Of a stretch of DNA of 64,000 nucleotides, positions 44,986 to 53,867 are shown one piece after another. Position numbers and translations under genes: made by a program. The notes below the pieces were generated by a model, which worked only from the letters and a program-made list of their open reading frames with translations, ran no database searches and was not told the DNA's origin. Every line of letters begins with the position of its first letter. Position 1 is the first letter of the stretch. Location of the stretch: IMG/VR virus record IMGVR_UViG_3300049793_000366, positions 186,001-250,000 of that record; one strand, given 5' to 3'.

Positions 44986-45506
44986 TATATGCTTATAATA
45001 ATCTTCTCACCAGAAGTTTTAGAATAAGTTACATTTGATATACCTTTTATTATTAGAGGCTCTATTGCTTTGCAATATTTAGGACCCATTCCGGGTTTTA
45101 CGTAAGCGATTGTTACGTGTGGTTTGTATGTGTAATTGTTGGTGTGTGGTAGTGTTCTTAATCTTTCGTTGAACGAGTGTATGGTATCAGATGATACGCT
45201 TAATTTAACTACATCAAATTCTTTGTTTTGAAAGCATTCTATATGTGTACAATCTATTAGTATGTCTGAACCAATTATTGTTTTACACAACTCAATGGTT
45301 TCATTATCTAATACATCTTCGTGTATTCCGTAGAGTAAAGTAATGTGTGGTTCGGTTTCAACACCGTATCTCTCTTCTTCGCAATGATATAAATCATCCA
45401 CATCGATTGAGTTAATGAATTTTTCCCAGTATTCGTCTGCTAATTCGAGATAAGTGAGTACACACCCGTAGTTGTAGTCATTACCGCTATGTTTTTTGTG
45501 TTCCAT
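44985..45506 (-). CDS. 2H phosphoesterase (T4 57B/Acb1-like or 2'-5' RNA ligase-like)
   Basis: Two HxT motifs: EPHITLLYG and YKPHVTIAY. Confidence 0.85.
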   Translation of the reverse strand: MEHKKHSGNDYNYGCVLTYLELADEYWEKFINSIDVDDLYHCEEERYGVETEPHITLLYGIHEDVLDNETIELCKTIIGSDILIDCTHIECFQNKEFDVVKLSVSSDTIHSFNERLRTLPHTNNYTYKPHVTIAYVKPGMGPKYCKAIEPLIIKGISNVTYSKTSGEKIIISI

Positions 45507-45555
45507 GTTAGAAAGAAAATTATATTTATATAATTCCTTTTTGAAAAGTTTCTGA

Positions 45556-45999
45556 CTACTTTAATGATTCTTTGAATTGGTACCAATCATAGATAGTTTT
45601 CGTTTCGGTTTCAATATCTGAGTCTAGTAAATGTTTTTGTATTTTTATTCTACCAGCTTTTGTTACTCGTTTAGTAGCATTCGCTACATCTCTAAGTTGT
45701 CTAAGAGATTTCTTTGGTGGTAAAGCACCTTCAAATGTTCCTTCTGTTAATGTGAATTTACCTGGACCATCGACAGTTACAGTATAAACACCATCACCTA
45801 CTTTGAAGGTTTCTCCAACTAATTTGGAAGTAGGTGTTATTGTTTTAGCATTATCCTCAACTATGTAGAAAGCAAGTTCTGTATCTACGTCATTAGCATC
45901 TTCTATTATTCTCTTCATTGTAGCCAATGGTTGACCCATTCTACCCATTTTTTCAAATGATTTATCTTGAATATATCTAACTGCTATTATCTTCTTCAT
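45556..45999 (-). CDS. Hypothetical protein
   Basis: 147 aa ORF. Confidence 0.6.
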   Translation of the reverse strand: MKKIIAVRYIQDKSFEKMGRMGQPLATMKRIIEDANDVDTELAFYIVEDNAKTITPTSKLVGETFKVGDGVYTVTVDGPGKFTLTEGTFEGALPPKKSLRQLRDVANATKRVTKAGRIKIQKHLLDSDIETETKTIYDWYQFKESLK

Positions 46000-46412
46000 T
46001 AGTTAACTATTGGATTTAATGTATTTAAATTATTGATACCATTTTCACCAAGCTCTTTTTTAAGAGTTTGTTCTATATAGGATCCTAATTCTTCTCGTGA
46101 GCTAAACTTTTTATTATATCGGTTAAACTCACCAGTATCAAGTTGTTTAATAGAAACAGTCATCTCGATATCATCCTTTGCTAATAGATAGAATATAATA
46201 GTTGTGTAAGTGTCCTTACCCATAAACGTGTATATCTGTGCTTTGTCTTTAAACACAGGATCAATAAAGAATGGGAATTCAAACATTAACCAATTTGAAA
46301 ACGCTACTGGTTCTGTGTTTTCTAAATCAACATCTTTATAAGATGCGTATGATGTTAGCTTTCTTTTTAATTCTTCGGTATCGAATAATTCGTTGAATTT
46401 CTTTAATCTCAT
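45999..46412 (-). CDS. Hypothetical protein with capsid-targeting-like N-terminus (start revised to ATG 46412)
   Basis: MRLKKFNELFDTEE. Confidence 0.6.
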   Translation of the reverse strand: MRLKKFNELFDTEELKRKLTSYASYKDVDLENTEPVAFSNWLMFEFPFFIDPVFKDKAQIYTFMGKDTYTTIIFYLLAKDDIEMTVSIKQLDTGEFNRYNKKFSSREELGSYIEQTLKKELGENGINNLNTLNPIVN

Positions 46413-46414
46413 AA

Positions 46415-46678
46415 TTATAGTTTTCCTTTTAACCATCTGTCAGCAACTTCAACAAGAAGAATCTGTTCGATAGCATTAATTTTAGGACCCATTGTATAGG
46501 TGTCTTTACCACTTAGTACGTAGCTCTTCGCTGGTTCTGGTAAATTGTCAGTATTCTCCTGAGTGAAAAATAATTTAATATCATCATTTGATAAACCCTT
46601 AAGTTTCTCTATTAAATCCTTTGGAAGCTCTTCAACTTTGCTCTCATTGAATTTTTCAAATTTTTGAATGTTTTTCAT
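46415..46678 (-). CDS. Small protein with capsid-targeting-like N-terminus
   Basis: MKNIQKFEKFNESK. Confidence 0.65.
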   Translation of the reverse strand: MKNIQKFEKFNESKVEELPKDLIEKLKGLSNDDIKLFFTQENTDNLPEPAKSYVLSGKDTYTMGPKINAIEQILLVEVADRWLKGKL

Positions 46679-46682
46679 GTGT

Positions 46683-46691
46683 TATATATTA
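46683..46691 (-). promoter_or_regulatory. Putative late promoter TAATATATA
   Basis: Exact motif upstream of ATG 46678. Confidence 0.6.
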
Positions 46692-46705
46692 AAATATTTT
46701 TCAGT

Positions 46706-47488
46706 TTACTTCTTAACCATCATAAAGAATGATGCGTTAGTCATACCTTTAATGTATTCAACTACTTCTGTTACTTCTTCTTTACCTTGTGAAATCAAAT
46801 CAGCCGCGTTGTATTTAACACCACCTGGTAAAGTGAAATCAAATCTTCCGTATAAATTACCAAGTTGTTGTTTAGCTAAACCAGTTACATATTTAATGAA
46901 CATTGGATCAGCATATAAAGCTTCACATTCTATGTTAGCATAACATTCGATAATCATATTTTCGGTACCATTAATATTTCCAGTATCACCTCTGCTATTA
47001 GCCCCAAGTAAATGAAGTCTATTAGCCATTTGATTATATTGATACTTTATGGTAGTTTTAGAGAACTGATTAAGCATATCAGAGAAGTTTCCTAAGATTG
47101 CTTTATATACACCCAAATCACCAATTGTCGTAACATATGATGAAACGTATGGTTGATTAGTAACACCCATATTAATTGATAAGTTAGGATTGTTAATACC
47201 CAAATTAAATAATGAGATATTACGAATTGGGTAAATCCATGTAATTGTTTGAATTTCACATGGTAATGTGATGTATCTGTATTTAGTATATTCGTCCGAT
47301 GTTAAAGCAGCCGCATCCAAATAATAATACATCTTCTGTACAGCATACATATAATTTTGATAGAACCATGGTTTTGCTTTGTTTTCAACAAGTCTTCGGA
47401 TTTCAACATCTGGTAGAGCCTTAGGTAAAGCGCATGATATTGTTAAGTCGCCTTGAATAACATCTATTAGTTCTTCGATTGTGTACAT
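46706..47488 (-). CDS. T4 gp13-like neck protein (start revised to ATG 47488)
   Basis: KYVTGLAKQQLG.LYGRFDF.LPGGVKYN...I.QG.EEV C-terminal gp13 signature; promoter motif lies inside the listed 5' extension. Confidence 0.8.
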   Translation of the reverse strand: MYTIEELIDVIQGDLTISCALPKALPDVEIRRLVENKAKPWFYQNYMYAVQKMYYYLDAAALTSDEYTKYRYITLPCEIQTITWIYPIRNISLFNLGINNPNLSINMGVTNQPYVSSYVTTIGDLGVYKAILGNFSDMLNQFSKTTIKYQYNQMANRLHLLGANSRGDTGNINGTENMIIECYANIECEALYADPMFIKYVTGLAKQQLGNLYGRFDFTLPGGVKYNAADLISQGKEEVTEVVEYIKGMTNASFFMMVKK

Positions 47489-47507
47489 AAACTGCTTTAT
47501 TTTTATG

Positions 47508-47516
47508 TATATATTA
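47508..47516 (-). promoter_or_regulatory. Putative late promoter TAATATATA
   Basis: Exact motif upstream of the neck gene. Confidence 0.6.
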
Positions 47517-47539
47517 ATTTGGACATAGATTAAATTGTA

Positions 47540-47571
47540 TTTGCACAATTCGGACAAATTGCTTATCTTTG
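47540..47571 (+). promoter_or_regulatory. Bacteroidota sigmaA-type promoter (TTTG-N20-TATCTTTG)
   Basis: TTTG cacaattcGGACaaattgct TATCTTTG, 6 nt before ATG 47578. Confidence 0.75.
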
Positions 47572-47577
47572 TAACCT

Positions 47578-48312
47578 ATGCGTAAATTTGTACTTGGTGA
47601 TATACATGGTGGGTATCGTGCTTTAATGGAGTGTTTAAACTCCGTAAAGTTTGATTATCAACTAGATACCCTCATTTTCTTAGGTGATGTTTGTGATGGT
47701 TGGTCTGAATTTATTGAATGTATCGAAGAATTGATGAAGATTAAAAATCTAATTTTCATTCGTGGGAATCACGATGATTGGGTATTACAATATATTCAAG
47801 GTAAATTAACCAAGGTAACATCTTTTACGCAGAGAGTAGTCTTGACCAGTGAAGGTGAGTCGTGGTCATATCATGGTGGTGCCATCACTAAGAAGAGATT
47901 GGATGAAAATCCGGATAAGGTTCCGATGATTAAAAAATTCATTGAGAGTGGTATTAAATATCACATAGATGATAACAATAACCTGTATGTACACGCTGGT
48001 TTTGATTCTACGAAACCAATGGAGTTACAATCTCACTATGTATTAATGTGGGATAGAAATATGGTTTTAGATGCCATTAATAGAAAGCACGTAAATAAGT
48101 ATAACAAAGTATTCATAGGACATACACCAACTACTTACTTGGGTAATGAGAATCAATTAACACCTTATACACTTGGTGCTAATATCATTATGATGGATAC
48201 TAGTGCCGCATATAAGGGTCCACTTAGTATGATGGATGTTGATACTGGTGAAGTTTACCAATCAAAGCCAGTACATGAGCTATACCCTGACGAGAGTGGA
48301 AGAAATCGATAA
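47578..48312 (+). CDS. Calcineurin-like metallophosphoesterase (PPP Ser/Thr phosphatase-like)
   Basis: GDIHG, GDVCDG, RGNHD, HAG, GHT. Confidence 0.9.
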   Translation: MRKFVLGDIHGGYRALMECLNSVKFDYQLDTLIFLGDVCDGWSEFIECIEELMKIKNLIFIRGNHDDWVLQYIQGKLTKVTSFTQRVVLTSEGESWSYHGGAITKKRLDENPDKVPMIKKFIESGIKYHIDDNNNLYVHAGFDSTKPMELQSHYVLMWDRNMVLDAINRKHVNKYNKVFIGHTPTTYLGNENQLTPYTLGANIIMMDTSAAYKGPLSMMDVDTGEVYQSKPVHELYPDESGRNR

Positions 48313-48341
48313 ATATAAAAACTAAATAAAATTTGAAAAAC

Positions 48342-48755
48342 ATGAACACGGAATCAGAAGTTAATTACTTTTTCGCTCTGAAACTTTCTAAAATTTTTGA
48401 AAGAGAAGACGAGTTTAAAATGCTCAAGTGCTTATATTATAGCTACAAGGACAAAATTATAGAATCTGACTTTTTCAACAAAAAGGTTGATGAAATGAAG
48501 ATTTCTATTATCAAAACAGGAAATCAAGAAGTAGGTACGATTATGCATAGCTTGTTTAAGAATTATAGTAAACAAGACGCTACTAATATACTTATCTTAC
48601 TTTCTGTGATAGAGAACGCAGTTAATCACGAGAACTACGAGGTAGCAAACAAAGCAAAGCAAGAAATTCTTAACGTTAAAGGTTTAACCGAAGCTGAGTA
48701 TTTCAAGATGTTCAAATGTTTTGTTACTGATTGCCCTGTGAAATACGACTTCTAA
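48342..48755 (+). CDS. Hypothetical protein with UVR-like C-terminal hairpin
   Basis: AVNHENYEVANKAKQEI; ATG at 48342. Confidence 0.55.
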   Translation: MNTESEVNYFFALKLSKIFEREDEFKMLKCLYYSYKDKIIESDFFNKKVDEMKISIIKTGNQEVGTIMHSLFKNYSKQDATNILILLSVIENAVNHENYEVANKAKQEILNVKGLTEAEYFKMFKCFVTDCPVKYDF

Positions 48756-49587
48756 AATTCGTATTCTCTAATACAAATTTAGCATGGGTATTAACATCAA
48801 GTCTAACGCCAAAGTCGCGGTAGATTTGGTCTATAATAAACTTCACTGCAAATTCTTCTTCGAAGATTACCTTCCAGCCTGATGGGACTTTCTTTTTGAA
48901 TGTTTCAATAGTTATTGGGAGGTAATTTTCATTCACCTCTCTGCTCCAATTTTCAATATATCTATACTTAAGTAAGTAGTGAATAAGTGTTTTGTTATTA
49001 CTGTCAATCTTACCCCATCTTCTTTCGAATGATTCTAATGTTTCCGGATCTGATTTTCTCTTAACCTTTTCAATCTCGGATTCGAAATTCTGACTTTTAT
49101 ATGAGTTCACACTCGGCATCATATCTCTGACAGCTACATACTTAAAGTTATTACCGAATACTTGTGATTCCCAGAACTTCTTAACTATTTTTGAGTGAGA
49201 GTATGAATATACTTCGTGAATAACTGATGATAATAAAAGTAATGGAGCATTGTATTTTTTAAGCTCAGTTAATACTTCTGTCCAGTTAGTAGTTAATAAT
49301 ACATCACCGCTAACACGCTCCTTTGCTTTATTAAGCATATTTTGGTCTAAATCATAGCCAATTATAGCTATATCTGGGTTAGCCTCTCTAATCTTCTGTA
49401 AAATGAACCCATTCGCACATCCAAAATCAACAATAACATCAGCTTGTGCTTTATCTAAAAAGAACAACTTATCTATGTAGGACATAGCCATACCCTTGTT
49501 ATAAACATCGTAATCAGCAATTGGTTTCTCACCAACAAGCTCTTCGTTAATAAAACTTAGGAAATTATAGATTTTTTTCTTAGACAT
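48724..49587 (-). CDS. Class I SAM-dependent methyltransferase with capsid-targeting-like N-terminus
   Basis: VDFGCANG (motif I), GYDLD..ML, LSSVIHEVYSY; starts MSKKKIYNFLSFINEE. Confidence 0.8.
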   Translation of the reverse strand: MSKKKIYNFLSFINEELVGEKPIADYDVYNKGMAMSYIDKLFFLDKAQADVIVDFGCANGFILQKIREANPDIAIIGYDLDQNMLNKAKERVSGDVLLTTNWTEVLTELKKYNAPLLLLSSVIHEVYSYSHSKIVKKFWESQVFGNNFKYVAVRDMMPSVNSYKSQNFESEIEKVKRKSDPETLESFERRWGKIDSNNKTLIHYLLKYRYIENWSREVNENYLPITIETFKKKVPSGWKVIFEEEFAVKFIIDQIYRDFGVRLDVNTHAKFVLENTNFRSRISQGNQ

Positions 49588-49591
49588 AACA

Positions 49592-49600
49592 TATATATTA
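49592..49600 (-). promoter_or_regulatory. Putative late promoter TAATATATA
   Basis: Exact motif 4 nt upstream of ATG 49587. Confidence 0.6.
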
Positions 49601-49632
49601 AAGTCTAGCGTTTATTTTTTATATATAGACTT

Positions 49633-51012
49633 ATGAGAAAATATTCTGAGAAATTCTTAAACGACCACAACATATTGAAACACGCGATTATCGGGTTCGA
49701 ATTTGAATTCTTCCTACATAACTTATCTTATTACAAAACATTAGAATTGTTGAATCAATATTTATCTCCTGTTAAAGTTTGGGGTTTTAAACAATATCAC
49801 TCTGACTTTAAACCGGATGCTGAAAACTTTAAGATAGAACCTGACCTTTCTGGTGGTTCATCGATGGTTGAGTTAATTACGGGTCCTATGGATTATTATA
49901 CAGCTAAGTATTACTTAACTAAGATTCTTAGATTTATTAATGAGTATGGCTTCACAACAGATAAGGCATCTATTCACTTTAACGTATCTTTCAAAAAGGA
50001 CTCAGATAAGTCATTGAATGATTTAAACGTTTTAAAGCTTATTTTAAATACTGATGAAGATGAGATTTATAAGTTATATCCTACGAGAAAGGATAATATC
50101 TATGCTAAGTCAGTTAAGAAGATTATCCCATATAAAGAATATGACTTCTTCAACGTATCGATTGAGACTATTAAAAACTCAATGAGATTACCAAATGATA
50201 AATATTATGGTATCAATTTCTTACACACTAACGATGATGCTGGTAGCGCACGTTTAGAATATAGATATATTGGTGGTAAAGACTATGATAAAGATCCTGG
50301 TCAATTAATGTATTTCCTTGATAAGTTTATTATCAATGTTTGGGGTGCAATTGATGTACCATTCACTGATGGCGATGTAGAGAAGTTAGAAGAATATTTA
50401 AAAGATAACATTTCGTTATTTAAGAACTTTTCTAAATATGATAATTTCTTAGTTGAATTTCCAAGTATTGAATTACAGATTGACCAATCTGGCCAATATG
50501 ATTTAGTTAATGCTTACTATCCTAAAATTTATAATAAATTATTTTCTCTTATTGACTCTGTTGATAATTTAAAAGACTGTATTATCAACTATACTACAAC
50601 TGAACAAAAAATGGAATTAGTAGATGCTACAATAAAAGCACACTTTAATATAAAAGGATTTGATTTCATTGGTTGTAAAGTAACTGATGGTATTTATGAC
50701 AATTGTAGCTTTATTAATGGTGTTGTTACAAACACACAGTTAACGAAGTGTGATGTACATGATTCGGAAGTTAGTGGTTCTAAATTATTTAAATGCAAGG
50801 TTGAGAATTCTGAATTATCGAATTGTTATTTCGTAGAAGGTTATTTAAATGGTCATATGGAGGGTGGAGTTTTCCGTTCTGGTAAATTGGGGCCTTGGGC
50901 TACTCTTTCATCAACAACTAAGATTGTTAGTGAAACGGATAACTTCTTTGCTACTAAGTATGACTTAGACCAGAAGTCTGATAAAGAAGGAAAAATTGAT
51001 GGTTATAAATAA
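49633..51012 (+). CDS. Putative amidoligase (COOH-NH2 ligase type 2) with C-terminal beta-helix-like repeats
   Basis: IGFEFEF, IEPDLS, VELIT, ASIHFNVS, KYYGIN, RLEYR; C-terminal NC/S-x-[FLV] 5-residue periodicity. Confidence 0.7.
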   Translation: MRKYSEKFLNDHNILKHAIIGFEFEFFLHNLSYYKTLELLNQYLSPVKVWGFKQYHSDFKPDAENFKIEPDLSGGSSMVELITGPMDYYTAKYYLTKILRFINEYGFTTDKASIHFNVSFKKDSDKSLNDLNVLKLILNTDEDEIYKLYPTRKDNIYAKSVKKIIPYKEYDFFNVSIETIKNSMRLPNDKYYGINFLHTNDDAGSARLEYRYIGGKDYDKDPGQLMYFLDKFIINVWGAIDVPFTDGDVEKLEEYLKDNISLFKNFSKYDNFLVEFPSIELQIDQSGQYDLVNAYYPKIYNKLFSLIDSVDNLKDCIINYTTTEQKMELVDATIKAHFNIKGFDFIGCKVTDGIYDNCSFINGVVTNTQLTKCDVHDSEVSGSKLFKCKVENSELSNCYFVEGYLNGHMEGGVFRSGKLGPWATLSSTTKIVSETDNFFATKYDLDQKSDKEGKIDGYK

Positions 51013-51038
51013 AATATATACTAAAAATTAAAATTAAA

Positions 51039-51314
51039 ATGATTAAAAAATATAATGAATTCAATCATCACAGCGATGAAATTTCAAACGAGTCTATAAA
51101 GAATTTTTCAGATTTTGAATCAAATGATTCTATCACTGAAGATGCTGAATATTATATTTCCAAAAATGGTGAAGAGATACAAGTTACTAAACACGACTTC
51201 ATTAAATTGGGTGCTGATAACAATTTTCAACCTAAGTTGAACGGTGAGAAAGGCTTCTCAATAAAGAAGAGTGACAACAAGATTGTAGCAAAGATAGATG
51301 AATCGAAAGATTAA
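51039..51314 (+). CDS. Small protein with duplicated capsid-targeting-like motif
   Basis: MIKKYNEFN...ESIKNFSDFES; AATATATA at 51013-51020. Confidence 0.6.
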   Translation: MIKKYNEFNHHSDEISNESIKNFSDFESNDSITEDAEYYISKNGEEIQVTKHDFIKLGADNNFQPKLNGEKGFSIKKSDNKIVAKIDESKD

Positions 51315-51317
51315 TGT

Positions 51318-51346
51318 AAAGCCCTCTTAGTCTTAGTGAGGGTTTT
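51318..51346 (+). terminator. Probable terminator hairpin
   Basis: aaagccctc...gagggtttt. Confidence 0.6.
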
Positions 51347-51446
51347 GTCATTTATAGAGGGAGTGAAAGCCCTATGATATATAGTTTATGGGTTTTAAAC
51401 AATGAGAAGTGTAATACCTTAGAAATTTCAAAAATAAATAAGTAAT

Positions 51447-51833
51447 ATGAATTTTTTCTGTGTCTACGTTTCTACTAAGAAGAAGCTGGATAAGTTTATT
51501 AAAGTGAATAGGATCCGCAATAAATATGTTATTGATATAAAGAAACTCATAGAAGAGGAAGAGATTGATCCAAGCGATAAGACTTATTTAAAAATTATTA
51601 TCTTCAATAAGGTTCAACAAGCCATCGAGAAGAATAAGGATATCTATTACGTTCCTAATTTTGATGACGACTTCTCAATTGAAAAACTACTCAATCTTAA
51701 AAAGATTCTCGGTGATAACGCCTTTAATGTTTTAATATTCTACAACGACTTCAGAAAAAACCCCAAAGTATTAGATGATGTATTCACTAACCTTTCGAAA
51801 TTCTCCAATAGTCAGATAATAAGAGACTATTAA
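51447..51833 (+). CDS. Hypothetical protein
   Basis: 128 aa ORF. Confidence 0.6.
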   Translation: MNFFCVYVSTKKKLDKFIKVNRIRNKYVIDIKKLIEEEEIDPSDKTYLKIIIFNKVQQAIEKNKDIYYVPNFDDDFSIEKLLNLKKILGDNAFNVLIFYNDFRKNPKVLDDVFTNLSKFSNSQIIRDY

Positions 51834-51854
51834 TAGTATGTAAACAATAACAAT

Positions 51855-51863
51855 TAATATATA
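51855..51863 (+). promoter_or_regulatory. Putative late promoter TAATATATA heading the baseplate operon
   Basis: Exact motif upstream of ATG 51883. Confidence 0.65.
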
Positions 51864-51882
51864 ATCCAAAATATATTCTGTT

Positions 51883-53385
51883 ATGTCATCACCACTGGGT
51901 TTAACTACATTTACGACTGGCTCTGCTAACGCAAACAACACGACTAATACAACTGCGACTGCATCGCAATCACAGCAAGCCCAGGGTCAAAATAACCAAC
52001 AGTCTGGTTATAATTACAATTCGTATGATTTTAAGAAATATTCATCTGCTCCTAATGTTAGAAATAGAGCAAAGAAATCTATATTTTCAAGTAACACTGC
52101 ATTCACGACTAAGTTCGAACACAGCAACGACACATACGATATCAGAACTAATTCAATTATAAAATATTGCAATAACCCAAGAACTCCTGCTATGAAATTA
52201 AAAGCAGAAGATTTCGCGTATTTAAGAAATCTTGGTGTTTACTCAAATAACCGTTTAGTTGTTGTTAGAAGATTTCCAGCTCCGGTTGGTAACGATTTAA
52301 CTATAATAAAGGCTACTCCTATATCTACATTGATTTCATGGGTTCCTGATAATGAGAAAAACTTTCTAAGCGTATCGTTTGGTGAAGAATGGACTAATGC
52401 TAAGGCATCATTAAAAGATTTATTAAACGATGTTGGTAATGATTTATCAAGTCCTGAGAATAGAACTGGTGGCGGTGGTAAGGGCTTAGGTAATATGCTT
52501 GCGGGTGGTTTAAATGCCTTACCATTACCGGGTTTTATGGAAGGTGTTCAATTAAGAATTTTAAATAAATTAGGGTATACCGAGAATGATGCGAATTCAA
52601 TTCCATCTGGTAACCCAAATATTATAAAGAGTGCTAAGGTTAGAAAAACTTTAGATAAAGATGCTGAGGGTTCTGGTCTTAAATGTAAAATATCAATTGA
52701 TTTTGAAACTGAATATGAACAGAAGTTTATAGACGGTGTTGACCCGACTCTTGTATATCTTGATGTATTATCAACTGTATTGAGATTTGGAACATCTGAA
52801 TCTAAATTCATTATTAATACTAAATTACAATCACAGGGAGCAGACATTATAAACAAAATTAAAGCTGGTCAGTGGATAGAAGCAATCGAATTATTTGTTG
52901 GTGCGGCTATCGCGGCTATGAAAGAGATTGCGGCTGATTTAATATCAACCGTTGTAGAAGGTTCTAAAGCTGTTGCTAAGGAAGCAAGTAAAGGAGATTT
53001 AGAAGCAACTGTTAATGCAATATTTGATACGTTTTTGAAATCTGCGGCTAGTACGATAATTTCAAAATATAAAGTAAGACTTGGTGGTATCATGTCAGCA
53101 TTATCTGGTGAGCCATCTGCACCTTGGCACGTTACGATTGGTAACCCTAAGAAACCAGTTTTTAGCTCAGGTGATATGTTAGTAGAAGAAGTTAATGTTG
53201 ACTTGGGTAATATATTATCATTCAATGACCTTCCTTCTAATATTAAAATCAAATTTACACTTACTAATGCCAGACCATTGGGAGCGCAAGAAATATTCGA
53301 GCGATTCAATACTGGTGCTGGAAGAACATATGCGGCGAAGCCTAATAACTTCGAAGAGAGAGATATAAAAATAGAAAAGAAATAA
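51883..53385 (+). CDS. Putative baseplate / tail-tube initiator protein
   Basis: First gene of the operon containing gp53-like, hub and gp5-like genes; tube-fold-like C-terminal segment. Confidence 0.55.
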   Translation: MSSPLGLTTFTTGSANANNTTNTTATASQSQQAQGQNNQQSGYNYNSYDFKKYSSAPNVRNRAKKSIFSSNTAFTTKFEHSNDTYDIRTNSIIKYCNNPRTPAMKLKAEDFAYLRNLGVYSNNRLVVVRRFPAPVGNDLTIIKATPISTLISWVPDNEKNFLSVSFGEEWTNAKASLKDLLNDVGNDLSSPENRTGGGGKGLGNMLAGGLNALPLPGFMEGVQLRILNKLGYTENDANSIPSGNPNIIKSAKVRKTLDKDAEGSGLKCKISIDFETEYEQKFIDGVDPTLVYLDVLSTVLRFGTSESKFIINTKLQSQGADIINKIKAGQWIEAIELFVGAAIAAMKEIAADLISTVVEGSKAVAKEASKGDLEATVNAIFDTFLKSAASTIISKYKVRLGGIMSALSGEPSAPWHVTIGNPKKPVFSSGDMLVEEVNVDLGNILSFNDLPSNIKIKFTLTNARPLGAQEIFERFNTGAGRTYAAKPNNFEERDIKIEKK

Positions 53386-53867
53386 TGAACTTTAAATCAT
53401 TGGATAATCTCAAGAGAGATGACGTTACTAAGTTATACGACTTAACAAAAGCAACATTTATTAATCCAAGTGAAGCTTTGTCTATCCCTATTTTTGAATT
53501 TGTTGTAGAAGAACATTTTGCTGGTAGAATTGATTTAATTTGTAATGAATTATATGAGACTCTTGACTACGTTGAGTTCTTATTGAGGTTTAATGATATA
53601 GACCATCCATTGAATATACCTAAGGATAGGTCAATATTTTATGTTGAGAAGGAATCTGTTTCTTTATTTGATTATACTGATATTGAAGTGGAAGCTAAAG
53701 ATGCAATCAAGCGTTTATCGAATAATAATAAGCGTCAGAGAATTGACAAGAAACGTGAGGCCGCGATTAATAATCCAACCTTACCACCTACTATATCTGA
53801 TGACGTAACGGATCCTGTACAAATAAGAGGTAATCAAATTATCATCGGAGAAAATTTATTTAGATAA
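53385..53867 (+). CDS. gp53-like baseplate wedge (LysM-like) protein
   Basis: GRIDLIC.ELY.....VE.LL.FN.I..P..I. Confidence 0.75.
   Translation: MNFKSLDNLKRDDVTKLYDLTKATFINPSEALSIPIFEFVVEEHFAGRIDLICNELYETLDYVEFLLRFNDIDHPLNIPKDRSIFYVEKESVSLFDYTDIEVEAKDAIKRLSNNNKRQRIDKKREAAINNPTLPPTISDDVTDPVQIRGNQIIIGENLFR

Noticed and set aside
2660-45555. Third promoter class AAACTTT...TATAAT upstream of several genes (2659, 4066, 21756, 35463, 45506)
   Set aside because: Spacing between the elements is inconsistent (about 10-17 nt) and both are AT-rich, so I cannot separate it from background by eye.
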